A stretch of 64,000 bases of DNA from a virus (IMGVR_UViG_3300015607_004160); one strand, 5' to 3'. Positions 29,001 to 39,835 are shown, counted from the first letter of the stretch. Notes: a model not told the origin generated them from the letters alone. Program-made: numbers and translations.

Positions 29001-29463
29001 TCCAGCAGGATCATGGAGACCTATTGCAACTGGAGCTAACGGCAGCGGAAAATCAACAAAATATTTACCATCATCAACTGATGGATATATTGAAAGTGAT
29101 ATAACTGATAATGCTGGAACAATTAATAATTTTAATATAGGTATGGGATTTGCTTTAAGCAACTCACTAACTCCAGATTATGTTTATGATTATTTACTTT
29201 ATATAGATGGGGCTAATGAGCATTACAAGACCTATGATCCTATAGTTGGGTACTTAGATACAGGAATTACTGCATCATCTGGTGATAAAATAAGGACAGA
29301 AAGAATAGGAAGTACACTATATGCAAAGTATTATAGGGGAACTTGGAATACATTATATACATTCCCAAATACTACTACTAGCAATCTGTATATATATGGA
29401 AGCTCTTATGATATTGGAGTTATTGAGTATTTAGTAAATCCAGTAGGATATGGAATAGTATAA
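26056..29463 (+). CDS. Tandem PL9-like right-handed beta-helix protein with PKD/Ig domain (putative depolymerase/spike)
   Basis: Two repeats of GSD..G....W..L...GDTIY.RGGTY...DG...CRAW.N.DDGFD...NG.GFKLG...PD.G.FE; PIVNAGTDQ..DSDGSI PKD domain. Confidence 0.8.
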   Translation: MATTYFLAATGSDGGSGTIASPWFTLEKVFASASFGDTIYMRGGTYAYTSQQDIIGKSGTASALINLWAYPGETPIITRSSSYIPTIGVQTDLIYMENCSYLHIKGIDISYYTQSATLDYWFAFRGNDLSNCIFENINYHDNGGAFTLRGDGTTGNLFLNCDFYRNQDPYSGTPYDGADGLNITYVGNTAAVNTVRNCRAWWNADDGFDFWHNEGYVLIENCWSFYNGYIPGTFVTAGNGSGFKLGETVTTSTSVKREVKNCLAFKNRSWGIVENNSLVNMNIFNNTCVQNGGANGSGGGLNFWFGAWGASPKTFKNNISYDSGTLFGDVWHTFGTDAIHSNNTWTPGFTVSSKDFVSIDDSVLTKRRQNNNGLPENVFLKLSNNSSLRNTGTYVGITYSGTGPDIGYFESSGKYYFISPTGSDTLGYGSLTSSWFSLNKVWSIGPTGGDTIYLRGGTYTHTVQQYLTGRNGASSSPIKVYSYLDESPAITRGVTFDKSAGWHRGMVYFSGNYFHWKGIKFTGMYTDDNQVDAGFQTWDVNNCLFELLESYNNVQGMTIENDSSNNLVLNSDFHDNYSNYGGSNGGNSDGLALTYITNTSSTNTVRGCRAWNNGDDGFDTFEDSGYVLIDNCWSWHNGFIYGGLTMAGNGCGFKLGSDFLTTPANVGIVKRRLQNCLAWDNGHQNSSGGAAGVHINEADHSCEIYNCTFFDNGITGMNFHYNNRVHYFRNVISFNNGSKDVEVSTNSISSNCSYGVAGTSDALSGWTNNVSSSDFVSITPTGVTSSRDIDGNLPIITFLNLTEGSNKIDSGTYVGLTYAGSAPDRGAFEYGLLRSFFSGDSGGTSSGTNSSPIVNAGTDQVITLPTTSATLVGTASDSDGSIAAYQWVQTGGVLSTIVSPSLYTTVVTGLTSTGIRTFTLIATDDAGATSSDSVNITTYDASIHYMTVVLKHMIGILSFSYNAPPSSLITITFSNVTNWQENPAGSWRPIATGANGSGKSTKYLPSSTDGYIESDITDNAGTINNFNIGMGFALSNSLTPDYVYDYLLYIDGANEHYKTYDPIVGYLDTGITASSGDKIRTERIGSTLYAKYYRGTWNTLYTFPNTTTSNLYIYGSSYDIGVIEYLVNPVGYGIV

Positions 29464-29466
29464 AAA

Positions 29467-29488
29467 AAGGGGAGAAATTTCTCCCCTT
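29467..29488. terminator. Terminator hairpin between convergent genes
   Basis: aaggggagaa-at-ttctcccctt. Confidence 0.7.
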
Positions 29489-29502
29489 AATATTTACAAT
29501 AC

Positions 29503-31368
29503 TTATTTAACTTCTTCAAAAGGAGTATCCTCTGTTTGAGTTTCTACTGTATCATCTGGATTTGTATTTTGATACAAATTAGTACTTATTTTATTCCAGG
29601 TTTCATTAAGATTACTCATACTTTCATCAATCTTAATAAGATCCCTCATTTTATGAGCTTCTTTTAACTTATCAAGTGATTCATTAAGTTGAGTTTTATT
29701 TTCTTCAGTTAGTTTATCAGAAAATTCTTTGATTTGTTTTTCGGTTTGAAAAATCATAGAATCTGCCTGATTAACCTTATCAACTGCTTCTTTTTCTTTA
29801 CGATCTTCTTCGGCATGTGCTTCAGCTTCCTGTTTCATTTTTTCAATCTCATCTTTAGTAAGTTGTGATCCACCTTCTATTCTGATTTTATTCTCTTTAC
29901 CAGTTGCTTTATCTTTTGCGTGAACTGAAAGAACACCATTAGAGTCAATATCTAATGTAACCTCAATTTGAGGAACACCTCTTGGAGAAGGCATGATACC
30001 ATCCAAATGAAATCTACCTAAAGAGCGGTTATCTCTAGCCATTGGTCTTTCACCCTGTAAGATATGAATTTCAACACTTGGTTGATTATCAGAAGCGGTA
30101 GAAAATGTTTCGGACTTTCTTGTTGGAATAGTTGTGTTAGCTTCAATTAATTTTGTAAACACACCACCCATTGTTTCAATACCAAGTGATAAAGGTGTTA
30201 CATCTAAAAGAAGAACATCTGTAATCTCACCACTTAATACAGCTCCTTGAATCGCAGCTCCAATAGCCACTACTTCATCAGGATTAACTGATTTATTGGG
30301 TTTCTTATTGAAAAATTTTTCAACGGCTTCTTGAACCGCTGGAATTCTTGTAGAACCACCAACAAGGATAACCTCATCAATATCAGTTATTTTTAATTTT
30401 GCACTCTTAAGAGCTGATTTACAATAAGCAATTGTTTTATCAACATATTTACCAATCATTTGCTCAAACTTAGCCTTAGTTAAAGTTTTAACAAAGTGTA
30501 AAGGAGCACCATCTCTCGCAGTAATATAAGGTAGATTGATTTCAGTTTGAGTGGTTGAAGATAATTCAATTTTAGCTTTTTCAGCAGCCTCTTTTAATCT
30601 TTGTAGAGCCATTGGATCCTTTGAGAGATCCATAGATTGATCAGCTTTAAACTCATCAATCATCCAAGTGATAATTTGGTTATCAAAGTCATCACCACCA
30701 AGGTGGGTATCACCATCAGTAGATTTAACTTCAAATACACCATCACCAATTTCGAGAACAGAAATATCAAATGTACCACCACCTAGGTCAAATACAATAA
30801 TTTTTTGTTCTTTTTCTTTTTTGTCTAAACCATAGGCCAACGCAGCGGCAGTAGGTTCGTTAATAATTCTTTCTACTTGAAGACCAGCAATTTTACCAGC
30901 TTCCATTGTAGCAGTTCTTTCAGCATCACCAAAATAGGCAGGAACAGTAATTACAGCCTTTGTAACTTCTTGTCCCAAGAAATCTTCAGCTGTTTTTTTC
31001 ATTTTCTGAAGGATCATAGCTGATACTTCTTGTGGAGTATAATCTCTGTCTCCAATTTCAACAACAGGAACATTGTTGCTATTACTTTTAACTTTATAAG
31101 GAACTCTTTTCATTTCTGATCCAACATCCTTATAATTCTTACCAATAAACCTTTTAATTGAATAAACGGTTTTACTTGGATTTGTAACTGCTTGACGCTT
31201 AGCCGGATCACCAACCTTTCTATCAGCATCAGTAAATCCAACTACAGAAGGAGTTGTTCTTTTACCTTCGTTATTTGGAATAATTACTGGCTCACCGCCT
31301 TCAACAACAGAGACACAACTGTTTGTGGTTCCAAGGTCCACACCTATAACATATTCTTTTTTACTCAT
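29503..31368 (-). CDS. dnaK: Hsp70 chaperone DnaK
   Basis: [59 protein letters not shown]. Confidence 0.97.
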   Translation of the reverse strand: MSKKEYVIGVDLGTTNSCVSVVEGGEPVIIPNNEGKRTTPSVVGFTDADRKVGDPAKRQAVTNPSKTVYSIKRFIGKNYKDVGSEMKRVPYKVKSNSNNVPVVEIGDRDYTPQEVSAMILQKMKKTAEDFLGQEVTKAVITVPAYFGDAERTATMEAGKIAGLQVERIINEPTAAALAYGLDKKEKEQKIIVFDLGGGTFDISVLEIGDGVFEVKSTDGDTHLGGDDFDNQIITWMIDEFKADQSMDLSKDPMALQRLKEAAEKAKIELSSTTQTEINLPYITARDGAPLHFVKTLTKAKFEQMIGKYVDKTIAYCKSALKSAKLKITDIDEVILVGGSTRIPAVQEAVEKFFNKKPNKSVNPDEVVAIGAAIQGAVLSGEITDVLLLDVTPLSLGIETMGGVFTKLIEANTTIPTRKSETFSTASDNQPSVEIHILQGERPMARDNRSLGRFHLDGIMPSPRGVPQIEVTLDIDSNGVLSVHAKDKATGKENKIRIEGGSQLTKDEIEKMKQEAEAHAEEDRKEKEAVDKVNQADSMIFQTEKQIKEFSDKLTEENKTQLNESLDKLKEAHKMRDLIKIDESMSNLNETWNKISTNLYQNTNPDDTVETQTEDTPFEEVK

Positions 31369-31508
31369 AATTTATATATTTTATTTTTATTTTATATGTC
31401 AATTTATATGCCAACACTACCATTATAGACATTTATTCAGAAAAGTTTATATTATCCTGACAAAATTTCAGGTATAGTTTTAGCTATAAATATTTAATAT
31501 ATAAATAT

Positions 31509-31943
31509 ATGAAATATTTAAGAAAGTTTAATGAATCTTCTAAGTTTGACATCGAAGAATTATTGGAAGACTATCTATTAGAATATATTGATAAATATAG
31601 GTTAATAGAAAAAGGTAAATATTTTGAACTCAACACCGATTCCGATCATTGGAAAAAAAGCCAGTATAAAGGACTTTATTCCATAGTAAACCAAGTATCC
31701 ACTAATTATTTTAAAGTTGCCGGGTTTCCAAATAAAAAAAAAAGTGGTTATTTAGTAACCATAAGTTTTTTCTATCGACCTACTAAAGATATTGAAAAGG
31801 AGTTTAATAAAGATATGATATCTTTTATCAATAGGTTTTGTAATAGCAAGGTAGATGATAAGACATTTAATGTGGAAACTTCTTTTAGTGATGTATTCGG
31901 CAACGGAACAGTATTTGATTATTACATTGCATTTTTTAGATAA
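31509..31943 (+). CDS. Hypothetical tagged protein (MKYLRKFNES; module B)
   Basis: EDYLLE..D and KKSGYLV shared with 59464..59838. Confidence 0.7.
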   Translation: MKYLRKFNESSKFDIEELLEDYLLEYIDKYRLIEKGKYFELNTDSDHWKKSQYKGLYSIVNQVSTNYFKVAGFPNKKKSGYLVTISFFYRPTKDIEKEFNKDMISFINRFCNSKVDDKTFNVETSFSDVFGNGTVFDYYIAFFR

Positions 31944-32587
31944 TCTAAAACTCTTTCCAAATTTTCTTTGGAAAATCCATCTAATGGTTCTCCACCTTTT
32001 TTGAGATAATCACCATAAACTTGATCATACTCATCTTGTGTATAAAATTGATTGTCTATATCCGAAAAGACAACTCTTGTATCTGTGGAGGTTAAAGTAA
32101 CGGGAAGTTTTTCTTGTCCATATCCTGGTCCAAATGAACCACCTATATTCATAAGTTCAGTACCACTGATTGACTCTATAAATTTTTTAAATTTCTTTGT
32201 TCCTTTTTCGTTTCCCGATATACATTTTTCTTTAAAACATTTTTCGAATCCATCTAATCTATCACATTTGTAATATTTACAATCAGGATAAAATAGAACT
32301 ATAAGAAACCAATCGTCTTTTAATTTACTTAGTGATAGGAGGTTTGAATAACCATTGGTATGTTTAATGCTTAAACAATCTGACATATCAATAGTTATCA
32401 CATACATTGGATATTCCTTTTTTAAGAAGTTTTCTATATAATTTATATCCTCATCTGTAAAGTGGCAAGAAGATATATTAACAAAATTTTCGTCAAATTG
32501 AAAGTGATTGTCATATTCTGCCTCGGTTATTTCTGTGTAGAAGTTGTCATCAATCGATTCAAAATATTTAAATTTTTTAATTCTCAT
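31922..32587 (-). CDS. Two-module tagged protein (module A, internal tag, second module)
   Basis: MRIKKFKYFES; KLKDDWFL..YYKCDRLDG; internal KKFKKFIES. Confidence 0.7.
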   Translation of the reverse strand: MRIKKFKYFESIDDNFYTEITEAEYDNHFQFDENFVNISSCHFTDEDINYIENFLKKEYPMYVITIDMSDCLSIKHTNGYSNLLSLSKLKDDWFLIVLFYPDCKYYKCDRLDGFEKCFKEKCISGNEKGTKKFKKFIESISGTELMNIGGSFGPGYGQEKLPVTLTSTDTRVVFSDIDNQFYTQDEYDQVYGDYLKKGGEPLDGFSKENLERVLDYLKNAM

Positions 32588-33047
32588 CTTTTATAGGTAT
32601 CTTTTCATAATATTGATCTTGTGATTGTAATGAATATTCATCCTTTTTAATATCATAAACTATATTATATAAATAATTATCTTTTAATTCTATTCTTTCA
32701 CCATCTTTTAAAACTATAAAACATGACTCACTTTCAAATTGATTAAAAACAGAGACGATTTCTATACCGACTTTATTCTTTTCATATAGATCACAGATAA
32801 CTTTTCTTCCCTCTGAAAGAATATCTTTGATTCTATCAAACGCATCATTCTTAGTCAAGTAAGAAAAATCCTTATAATCATCTTCATTGGACTTATCAAA
32901 CATACTTAAGAACCTTTTTTCTACATCATTCAAAGGCTTTCCCTCAGACATCTTATCTAAGATTCTATTTAATTCATCATCCTTAACTGACTCATTCACT
33001 TGACTTATCCAGGTTTCAAAATTCATAATTCGCATTGGTTTCACCAT
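32577..33047 (-). CDS. Hypothetical protein (MRIMNFETW..VNES tag variant)
   Basis: LNRILDKMS....L...EKRFL motif. Confidence 0.65.
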   Translation of the reverse strand: MVKPMRIMNFETWISQVNESVKDDELNRILDKMSEGKPLNDVEKRFLSMFDKSNEDDYKDFSYLTKNDAFDRIKDILSEGRKVICDLYEKNKVGIEIVSVFNQFESESCFIVLKDGERIELKDNYLYNIVYDIKKDEYSLQSQDQYYEKIPIKDEN

Positions 33048-33113
33048 TTTTTATTATATATTAAAAGACAAAGATTATTTTATATATAGTATTATAAATA
33101 TTTACAAAAATAG

Positions 33114-36100
33114 ATGGATAAACAGTTGCTCGCTGCTTTAAGTAATTTATCAATAGCGTTACAAGAAATATCTGATTCCTTAGATAGTATTAATAAGACT
33201 AAGGAAACTTCCAATTCTTCTATTGTTGAAGCATTCAAAAGTTTAGATATTAATGAGCAGCTTAAATCCATTGATGAAGGTGTTAAAAAAATACAAGAGG
33301 ATAATAAACAAATAGTTAAAACACAAAAGCAAATATTATCACAGGTTAGTAAGCCGTCAGCAACAACCAAAGAAAATAGCCTAATAAATACTAAAGATCA
33401 AAAGGGAATTAAAGATGGGGTTAGCTTAATATTGCTAATAGCTGGTGGTGTTTTGGCTATTGGCCTTGCATTTAAACTAATAGGCACTGTCGATTTTAAA
33501 TCGGTAATAGCTTTAAGTTTATCGTTGCCCCTGATAGCATTTGCATTTGAAAAGGTCGCAAAAATCAAGTCTGATATTAAAAGTTTGACAATTGTTAATT
33601 TTGGGTTAATAATGATGGCTGGTACAATGGTCATTGTTTCAAAATTATTAAGTTTTGTAACACCTATTAGTCTTGATAAACTAATTACTACTGTATTGAT
33701 ATCCGGAGCATTTGTATTATTATCAGCATCTATTGGAAAAATATCACAAAATGTTGAAGGAATAAATGTAAGAAATCTTTGGAAGTTGCCACTTGTACTA
33801 CTTGCTGCGTCTGCTGCTATTGCCACATCATCTTGGATATTACAATGGGTTAAACCAGTTGGATTTAATCAATTACTAACAGTTATAATGATTTCAGCGG
33901 CATTTGCTGTTCTATCATTTGGACTTGGTAAACTTGTTAAAGCCATGGATAAAATACTGAAAAATTACGCAGAGGTAGTAGCATTACTACCTTTAGTATT
34001 AGTTGGTGTTTCATTAGCTATAACTGGATCATCTTATATTTTATCTAAAATAGTTCCAATAAGTTTCCCACAGGCATTAACAACTATATTAATAGCCTCA
34101 ACATTTACAATTTTATCATATGGATTACCTAAAGTAGTTGATGCAGTTAGTAAAATTAAGATAAAGGATATTCCAATGATTCCATTAGTTCTAATTGCTA
34201 TGTCGGCTGCTATATTAGGATCATCTTATCTCTTTTCAAAAGTTCAAACTGTTCCATTTGGGACTTTAATAAACATAGCACTTCAATCAATTGCATTAAC
34301 AGTTGTTGCTATTGCAATCGGATTTGCAATGAGTATCTTAGATAAATTAGGAATAAGTCATCAACGGGACGGGCTTCCATCAAAAGCCTTAATGGGTGGG
34401 GTATCAATTGTTATAATTGCAACTACTTTAATGACCTCATCGTTAATAATTTCACTGGGTCAATATTCTGTTTATCCGGATTTAAGTTGGACACTTAATA
34501 TGGCTGCTTCCATGTTAATCTTTGGAGCGGGAATGGCAATTATAGGAGCAAGTACGACTGCGGCCACAGAAGTCCTACCAGCTTTAATTATTGGAGGCAT
34601 TGGTATACTTGTAATAGCAGGAACAATCTTAGCAACAGATGCAATATTATCTAATGGTGAGTATAAAATATACCCTACACTGCCATGGGTATTGGGAGTA
34701 GGGGCATCTTTAACAACATTCGGTTTAGTAATGGCCGCGTCAGCTTTCGGAATAATTGCCTTAGCAATTGGATATTTAAGTATTAGTCTTATTGCAAATT
34801 CTATTGTTAAAGTAGCTAATATTTTAAATGGAGGTGAATATGGAAAATATCCATCCTTATCATGGATTCTTGGAGTAGGCTTATCATTAGGAGCATTTGG
34901 AACAATAATGGTTGCTAGTGGAATTGGTATCATAGCGTTGGGATTAGGATATCTAAGTATTAAAATGATTGCTAATTCAATAGTCGAAACATCACAAATA
35001 TTATCAAATGGTAAATTTACTGGTGGTCCTTCCTTAGGGTGGGCACTCGGAACAAGTGTTTTATTAACAACATTTGGAATGTCTATGATGTTACTTGGTG
35101 CATTTGTGGCTGGTACACTTGGGCTTGGATATGTTGCTTTACTTGCTGGTAAATCAGCACTGAAAGTAATTGCACAATCTATTGTAGATGCGTCATTTAT
35201 ATTATCAAATGGTAATTATAAAGATGGACCAACAAAAGAATGGGCTGAAGGGGTTGCGTTATCAATTGGAGCATTTGCACCAGTATATAAAACATTAACA
35301 TCAAAAGGCGGTGGTGGATCATCACCAGCTAAAATGAAACAAGCTATAGTTACAATATCAGAAGGTATTATTACCGCTGCTCAATTCTTCTCTAAGAATA
35401 CAGTTTCATTTAAAAATGGTCCGCCTGTGGAATGGGCTGAAGGAGTTGGATTATCAATTAGAGCATTTACTCCAGTATTTGAATCATTAGCTAAGAACAA
35501 AAGCTGGTTCAGTAGTGGCCTTGATATGGACGAAATGGTAAATGCAGTTCATGGAATATCACAAGGTATAATTACTTCTGCTGAAATTTTCAATCAAAAT
35601 AGAACCATATTTGGTGGAACTTATCCAAGTGTAGAATGGGCTGAGGGTGTCGGATTAGCTATTAGGGCATTTAATCCAGTTATTGAATATGCAGCTTCAA
35701 TATCAGGAATAACAAGCAATGTTAGTTCTGATTGGTTGTATAAGAATATTACATTCTTTGCGAAAGCAATGGTTGAAACAGCAAATATATTATCTGGTAA
35801 CTATGAAGGATCTAGAGGAAAACCTAATTACAATAATATAATACCAGATAATTATACACAAACATTAACATCATTATATAGTTCATTTTATAAATTAGTT
35901 AGTGATAAAAAAATAGCTAGCCTCGATAGTGATAACTTTGGAGTTTTTTATGCAATGGCTGGATCGATTTCAAATACAAGTATAATTTTAAGTAAAGGAA
36001 ATTATAAATTAATACCATTGGATTATATGACTAACTTAACAAGTAATATAATTCAATATTCTAAATTATTATCTTATTTAAAAGGAACAAATGAATCAGA

Positions 36101-36551
36101 GACTAAGCTACTTGGACTTGTGACTATTAGTAGGGCCAGTGATATAACAAGAATGGCTAGTGATTATGATAAATTAGCAAATAGCATTCAAAATTTATCA
36201 GGGGCTATTCAATCAATTGATGTAGAAAGAATAACCGCACTTAAAACACTAACCGGAAGTATTGTATTAATGTCACTAATGGATTCTGATCAATTTAATT
36301 CAATGATGGATTCATTAGAAAGTAAAGCTAAAATATTTGTTGATGTTATTAATGATATGGAAAATGGGGTAAGTGGGAAAGAAATATCAATTAATGCTGG
36401 GGGTGCTAAACAAAGTGGTCCAACAATGCAAGATGTTGTTAATGTTATGTCTAGAATGGATGCTAAACTTGGCCAGTTAGTATCATATAGTAGTAGCATT
36501 TCATTAAAGATTAACGAAATAAAAACCAATAAAGGTATAAAAGGTAAATAA
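33114..36551 (+). CDS. Tape-measure-like protein with many hydrophobic repeats
   Basis: 1145 aa, Ala/Leu/Ile/Gly-rich helices, repeated G.Y..YP.L.W..GVG.S units, coiled-coil termini. Confidence 0.55.
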   Translation: MDKQLLAALSNLSIALQEISDSLDSINKTKETSNSSIVEAFKSLDINEQLKSIDEGVKKIQEDNKQIVKTQKQILSQVSKPSATTKENSLINTKDQKGIKDGVSLILLIAGGVLAIGLAFKLIGTVDFKSVIALSLSLPLIAFAFEKVAKIKSDIKSLTIVNFGLIMMAGTMVIVSKLLSFVTPISLDKLITTVLISGAFVLLSASIGKISQNVEGINVRNLWKLPLVLLAASAAIATSSWILQWVKPVGFNQLLTVIMISAAFAVLSFGLGKLVKAMDKILKNYAEVVALLPLVLVGVSLAITGSSYILSKIVPISFPQALTTILIASTFTILSYGLPKVVDAVSKIKIKDIPMIPLVLIAMSAAILGSSYLFSKVQTVPFGTLINIALQSIALTVVAIAIGFAMSILDKLGISHQRDGLPSKALMGGVSIVIIATTLMTSSLIISLGQYSVYPDLSWTLNMAASMLIFGAGMAIIGASTTAATEVLPALIIGGIGILVIAGTILATDAILSNGEYKIYPTLPWVLGVGASLTTFGLVMAASAFGIIALAIGYLSISLIANSIVKVANILNGGEYGKYPSLSWILGVGLSLGAFGTIMVASGIGIIALGLGYLSIKMIANSIVETSQILSNGKFTGGPSLGWALGTSVLLTTFGMSMMLLGAFVAGTLGLGYVALLAGKSALKVIAQSIVDASFILSNGNYKDGPTKEWAEGVALSIGAFAPVYKTLTSKGGGGSSPAKMKQAIVTISEGIITAAQFFSKNTVSFKNGPPVEWAEGVGLSIRAFTPVFESLAKNKSWFSSGLDMDEMVNAVHGISQGIITSAEIFNQNRTIFGGTYPSVEWAEGVGLAIRAFNPVIEYAASISGITSNVSSDWLYKNITFFAKAMVETANILSGNYEGSRGKPNYNNIIPDNYTQTLTSLYSSFYKLVSDKKIASLDSDNFGVFYAMAGSISNTSIILSKGNYKLIPLDYMTNLTSNIIQYSKLLSYLKGTNESETKLLGLVTISRASDITRMASDYDKLANSIQNLSGAIQSIDVERITALKTLTGSIVLMSLMDSDQFNSMMDSLESKAKIFVDVINDMENGVSGKEISINAGGAKQSGPTMQDVVNVMSRMDAKLGQLVSYSSSISLKINEIKTNKGIKGK

Positions 36552-36581
36552 ACAAATATTATACTCTTTTATATAAATGAT

Positions 36582-37016
36582 ATGAAAAAACTTTCTTTTT
36601 GGAAAAAGCTATCTATCTATAGAACTTATAGAAAAATTGTCCTAAAAAATAAAAATGAGTTTGAATCTACTTACGGTCTTAGAATAGATAGAGCAAATAG
36701 AATATACACTGTAATAAACATACCAGCCGAAATGTTTGAGGAGCCTTATAATTTAAGAACCGCTGATATCAATAAAATTTCCGAGCCTTATATAACAGCA
36801 TATATAAAGCAAATTTCTGGATTATTAGATTCTAAAGAACTAGGAGAATTATACAGATTGTATGATATTCAAAAAATAGACAAGTATAGCTACTTAGTAA
36901 TAATAGGATTTTCTTTATTTGATACTGCTAAATTATCCAGAAACATCTTCCTAAGATTTATACCAACAATCTTTATTTTATCTATATTAACCTTTTTAAT
37001 TTTGAAACTGTTATAA
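36582..37016 (+). CDS. Hypothetical protein with C-terminal membrane anchor
   Basis: Hydrophobic C-terminus FIPTIFILSILTFLIL. Confidence 0.7.
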   Translation: MKKLSFWKKLSIYRTYRKIVLKNKNEFESTYGLRIDRANRIYTVINIPAEMFEEPYNLRTADINKISEPYITAYIKQISGLLDSKELGELYRLYDIQKIDKYSYLVIIGFSLFDTAKLSRNIFLRFIPTIFILSILTFLILKLL

Positions 37017-37055
37017 ACTTTTAAGATATTTTAATTTATAAAAATAAAAAATCAC

Positions 37056-37490
37056 ATGAGTAAATATTACGATTTATCTGAAGATGCAATTAAAACATTT
37101 AATGACATCTTTAAGAAAAAAGCTTTTCCTGTAGATGTTAAATTTCACTTTACTGGAGATTCTAAACAAAAAAACCTAATAAAAGTATCTAAGATTCCTG
37201 ATATCTATGCAGCAGATAATGCCTTAGGAAAAGAGTTAACTATTAGTATTAATGAAGATTTAATGACAGTATTTGACGAAGAATCAGTTCAGATATTGAT
37301 TGAGCAGGAAATTGATAAAATTTCTATCAACATTGATAATGGAAAAATCAAATTAATTAAACCAGATTTAACAACTTTCTCCGGATTAATAACTAAATAT
37401 GGTATCGAAAAGGTATCAAAGGCTAATCAAGTAGAAGAATTATATGATCAGCAAAAGAAAGATGGTGCTGATGATGAATTTATAGTATAA
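37056..37490 (+). CDS. Possible inactive phage metallopeptidase-like protein
   Basis: LIEQEIDKI...KPD...F..LI.KYG resembles L.DHEL.H...HD..EF..I..RYG but lacks the His ligands. Confidence 0.4.
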   Translation: MSKYYDLSEDAIKTFNDIFKKKAFPVDVKFHFTGDSKQKNLIKVSKIPDIYAADNALGKELTISINEDLMTVFDEESVQILIEQEIDKISINIDNGKIKLIKPDLTTFSGLITKYGIEKVSKANQVEELYDQQKKDGADDEFIV

Positions 37491-37509
37491 AAATAAAAAT
37501 AAAAATAAA

Positions 37510-38211
37510 ATGGAAAAACAAACAATAGAAACAAACGTGGTAAAACCTAAACTTTCTATCTTCGTAGAAGAAGTTGAGTATAGAATTATTACACCTGAAA
37601 CAGAAACACAATTAGATTCTGGTATTGCAGAGATTGAAAAATTTATAGCTAATAATCACGGGTTTGGAGAAACTGATGCAGTTAAAGATTTATTGTATGC
37701 AGATGCAAAAAGCTTATGGAATAAGTATGCAGCAGCTTTAAGGGACGCTTCATTCACTTTCTACTTAAATAGAGACGAATATAGATTTTTAGTTACTTTA
37801 TTAAAAGATAAATTAGAATATGATGTTAATACAGTTTTCTTAGCAATTGAATTAACTAATATGTTAGGTGAGTGGGTACAATCAGAAAAGCATAAAGGTG
37901 ATGATGATGTTAAGGGATTTATGGTTGATGCTACGGAAATTACTTATATCTATCACTTAATTGCTAAGCATAAAATAAAAGGTCTTACAAAAGATACTTA
38001 TACATTTGCGTATACTTTAAGAAAAATTGGTGATATTAGTAAAATTATCAGTTACTATGATACAGCTGCTAAAAATCTTTCTAAGGAAATTCAAGAATGG
38101 GTTGCAAACTTTGAACCAAGAGAAGAAGCTCCAACTGAACACGCAACAACTGAAGAATCAGTTAAAGCAAAAAAACTAGCTCCCAAAAAGAAGAGAGAAG
38201 AAACAATCTAA
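37510..38211 (+). CDS. Hypothetical protein
   Basis: 233-aa ORF. Confidence 0.7.
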   Translation: MEKQTIETNVVKPKLSIFVEEVEYRIITPETETQLDSGIAEIEKFIANNHGFGETDAVKDLLYADAKSLWNKYAAALRDASFTFYLNRDEYRFLVTLLKDKLEYDVNTVFLAIELTNMLGEWVQSEKHKGDDDVKGFMVDATEITYIYHLIAKHKIKGLTKDTYTFAYTLRKIGDISKIISYYDTAAKNLSKEIQEWVANFEPREEAPTEHATTEESVKAKKLAPKKKREETI

Positions 38212-38213
38212 TT

Positions 38214-39191
38214 ATGAAATATATTTGTGTACAACCTAGATTAGTTTATTATGCCTGGCAACTGGAAGTTATGATAAATAACTTCCTTAAGCACAGCATA
38301 AATCCAAATGATATTCAAATATTAGTTGCCTATAGCCCAGATCAGAATGATAGAACAAATCATTCTGATGTGGTGGATTTATATTCTAAACTAATGCAGA
38401 AATATCCAACTGTTGGATTCTATTTCTATAAAGACACCAGAGTTAACCCCTGTTATATTTCATCTGTCAGGCCTAATATACTAAAACAACATTTTAAATA
38501 TTTTCCCGAATTAAAAAAATCAAATATTTTTTATCACGATTGTGATATTGTGTTTAGTAAAACACCAGATTTTACTCCATTTTTAAATAATAAAATCTGG
38601 TATATGAGCAATACTGAAGGATATATTGGATCAAGATATGTTCTAAGTAAAGGTGAAGATATTTATCTAAAGATGTGTGAAATTGTTGGAATAGATTCAA
38701 AAATACCTAAGTTGATGGAATCTAATTCTGGTGGAGCTCAATATTTATTAAAAGGAGTAGATTCAGACTTTTGGGAAAAGGTTGAAAAAGATTCTGAAGA
38801 TCTATATAGATATTTTTTAGAAGATGAACCTATAAAAATGGCTGAAAATCCATCATATCATCCAATTCAAAAATGGACCTCTGATATGTGGGCAGTATTG
38901 TGGAATGCATGGTATTTCGAACATGAGACTAAAGTAGATCCATATTTTAATTTCACATGGGCTACCGATCCAATTGAGAGATGGAATGATAATGTTATTT
39001 ATCATAATGCCGGAGTGGTTGGACCTGGTGAATTATTTTATAAAGGTGATTATATAAACACTCTTCCTTATTTTATTGAGGATACATTTAATAAAAATTT
39101 TGCATCTTACAATTATTTTAAAGAAATACTTGAATCTAAAGAAAATAGTTGTTTGAGAATTTCCACTGAATTAGTTGGACCTCAAATTTAA
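38214..39191 (+). CDS. GT-A fold glycosyltransferase-like protein
   Basis: YYAWQ, Y.SSVRP, FYHDCDIVF (DxD), GGAQY, W.SDMWA, IYHNAG. Confidence 0.6.
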   Translation: MKYICVQPRLVYYAWQLEVMINNFLKHSINPNDIQILVAYSPDQNDRTNHSDVVDLYSKLMQKYPTVGFYFYKDTRVNPCYISSVRPNILKQHFKYFPELKKSNIFYHDCDIVFSKTPDFTPFLNNKIWYMSNTEGYIGSRYVLSKGEDIYLKMCEIVGIDSKIPKLMESNSGGAQYLLKGVDSDFWEKVEKDSEDLYRYFLEDEPIKMAENPSYHPIQKWTSDMWAVLWNAWYFEHETKVDPYFNFTWATDPIERWNDNVIYHNAGVVGPGELFYKGDYINTLPYFIEDTFNKNFASYNYFKEILESKENSCLRISTELVGPQI

Positions 39192-39802
39192 ACACAAGGT
39201 GGTACTATTGATCCACCACTTCTTAGTGTAACACTTATATTATTTGATGATGGTGTTAGCGGAAGTGTGAATGTGTGATCCACTATAGTATTAGTAGACG
39301 ATATATCCACAGGGGTATAAAATAACTCCGTTGAATTATCCATATCACAGACTCTATATCGAATAGTATTTCCGCTTCCACTAGTCCATCTTCCGGATAT
39401 TGTATATGAATTTCCAAAAGACAATACTATCGACCCACTTAATGTAGAAGTACCATTGGTATCTTTAGTTAGCATAGTCGTACTTGTTGTATTATTTATG
39501 ACAACTAATCTACCACCAATAGTTGTTCCAAGATTCCAATTTAAATTTACACTTGTGGAAACTATCGTAACAGGATCTAAATTTATATCCGTATATCCAG
39601 AACATAATCCATTAGATTGTAATCTAACATAAGTTGCGCTTAAATTTACACTATATGTTTTTCCATATCCAGGGGATAATAAATCCGCTTTTGGAACATT
39701 TGTATCAATAATATTCGCAAATGAATCACTTACATCAAAAGGTCCAGTATCAGATCCAGCTGATGTTAGTTGTACAAATATCTTTCTTGTTGTTTGTGGC
39801 AT
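39188..39802 (-). CDS. Putative virion structural protein (Ser/Thr-rich)
   Basis: LTSAGSDTGPFD N-terminus, beta-rich composition. Confidence 0.55.
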   Translation of the reverse strand: MPQTTRKIFVQLTSAGSDTGPFDVSDSFANIIDTNVPKADLLSPGYGKTYSVNLSATYVRLQSNGLCSGYTDINLDPVTIVSTSVNLNWNLGTTIGGRLVVINNTTSTTMLTKDTNGTSTLSGSIVLSFGNSYTISGRWTSGSGNTIRYRVCDMDNSTELFYTPVDISSTNTIVDHTFTLPLTPSSNNISVTLRSGGSIVPPCV

Positions 39803-39835
39803 TTTAGTTTATAAATTTTTTATTAATTTTCATAG

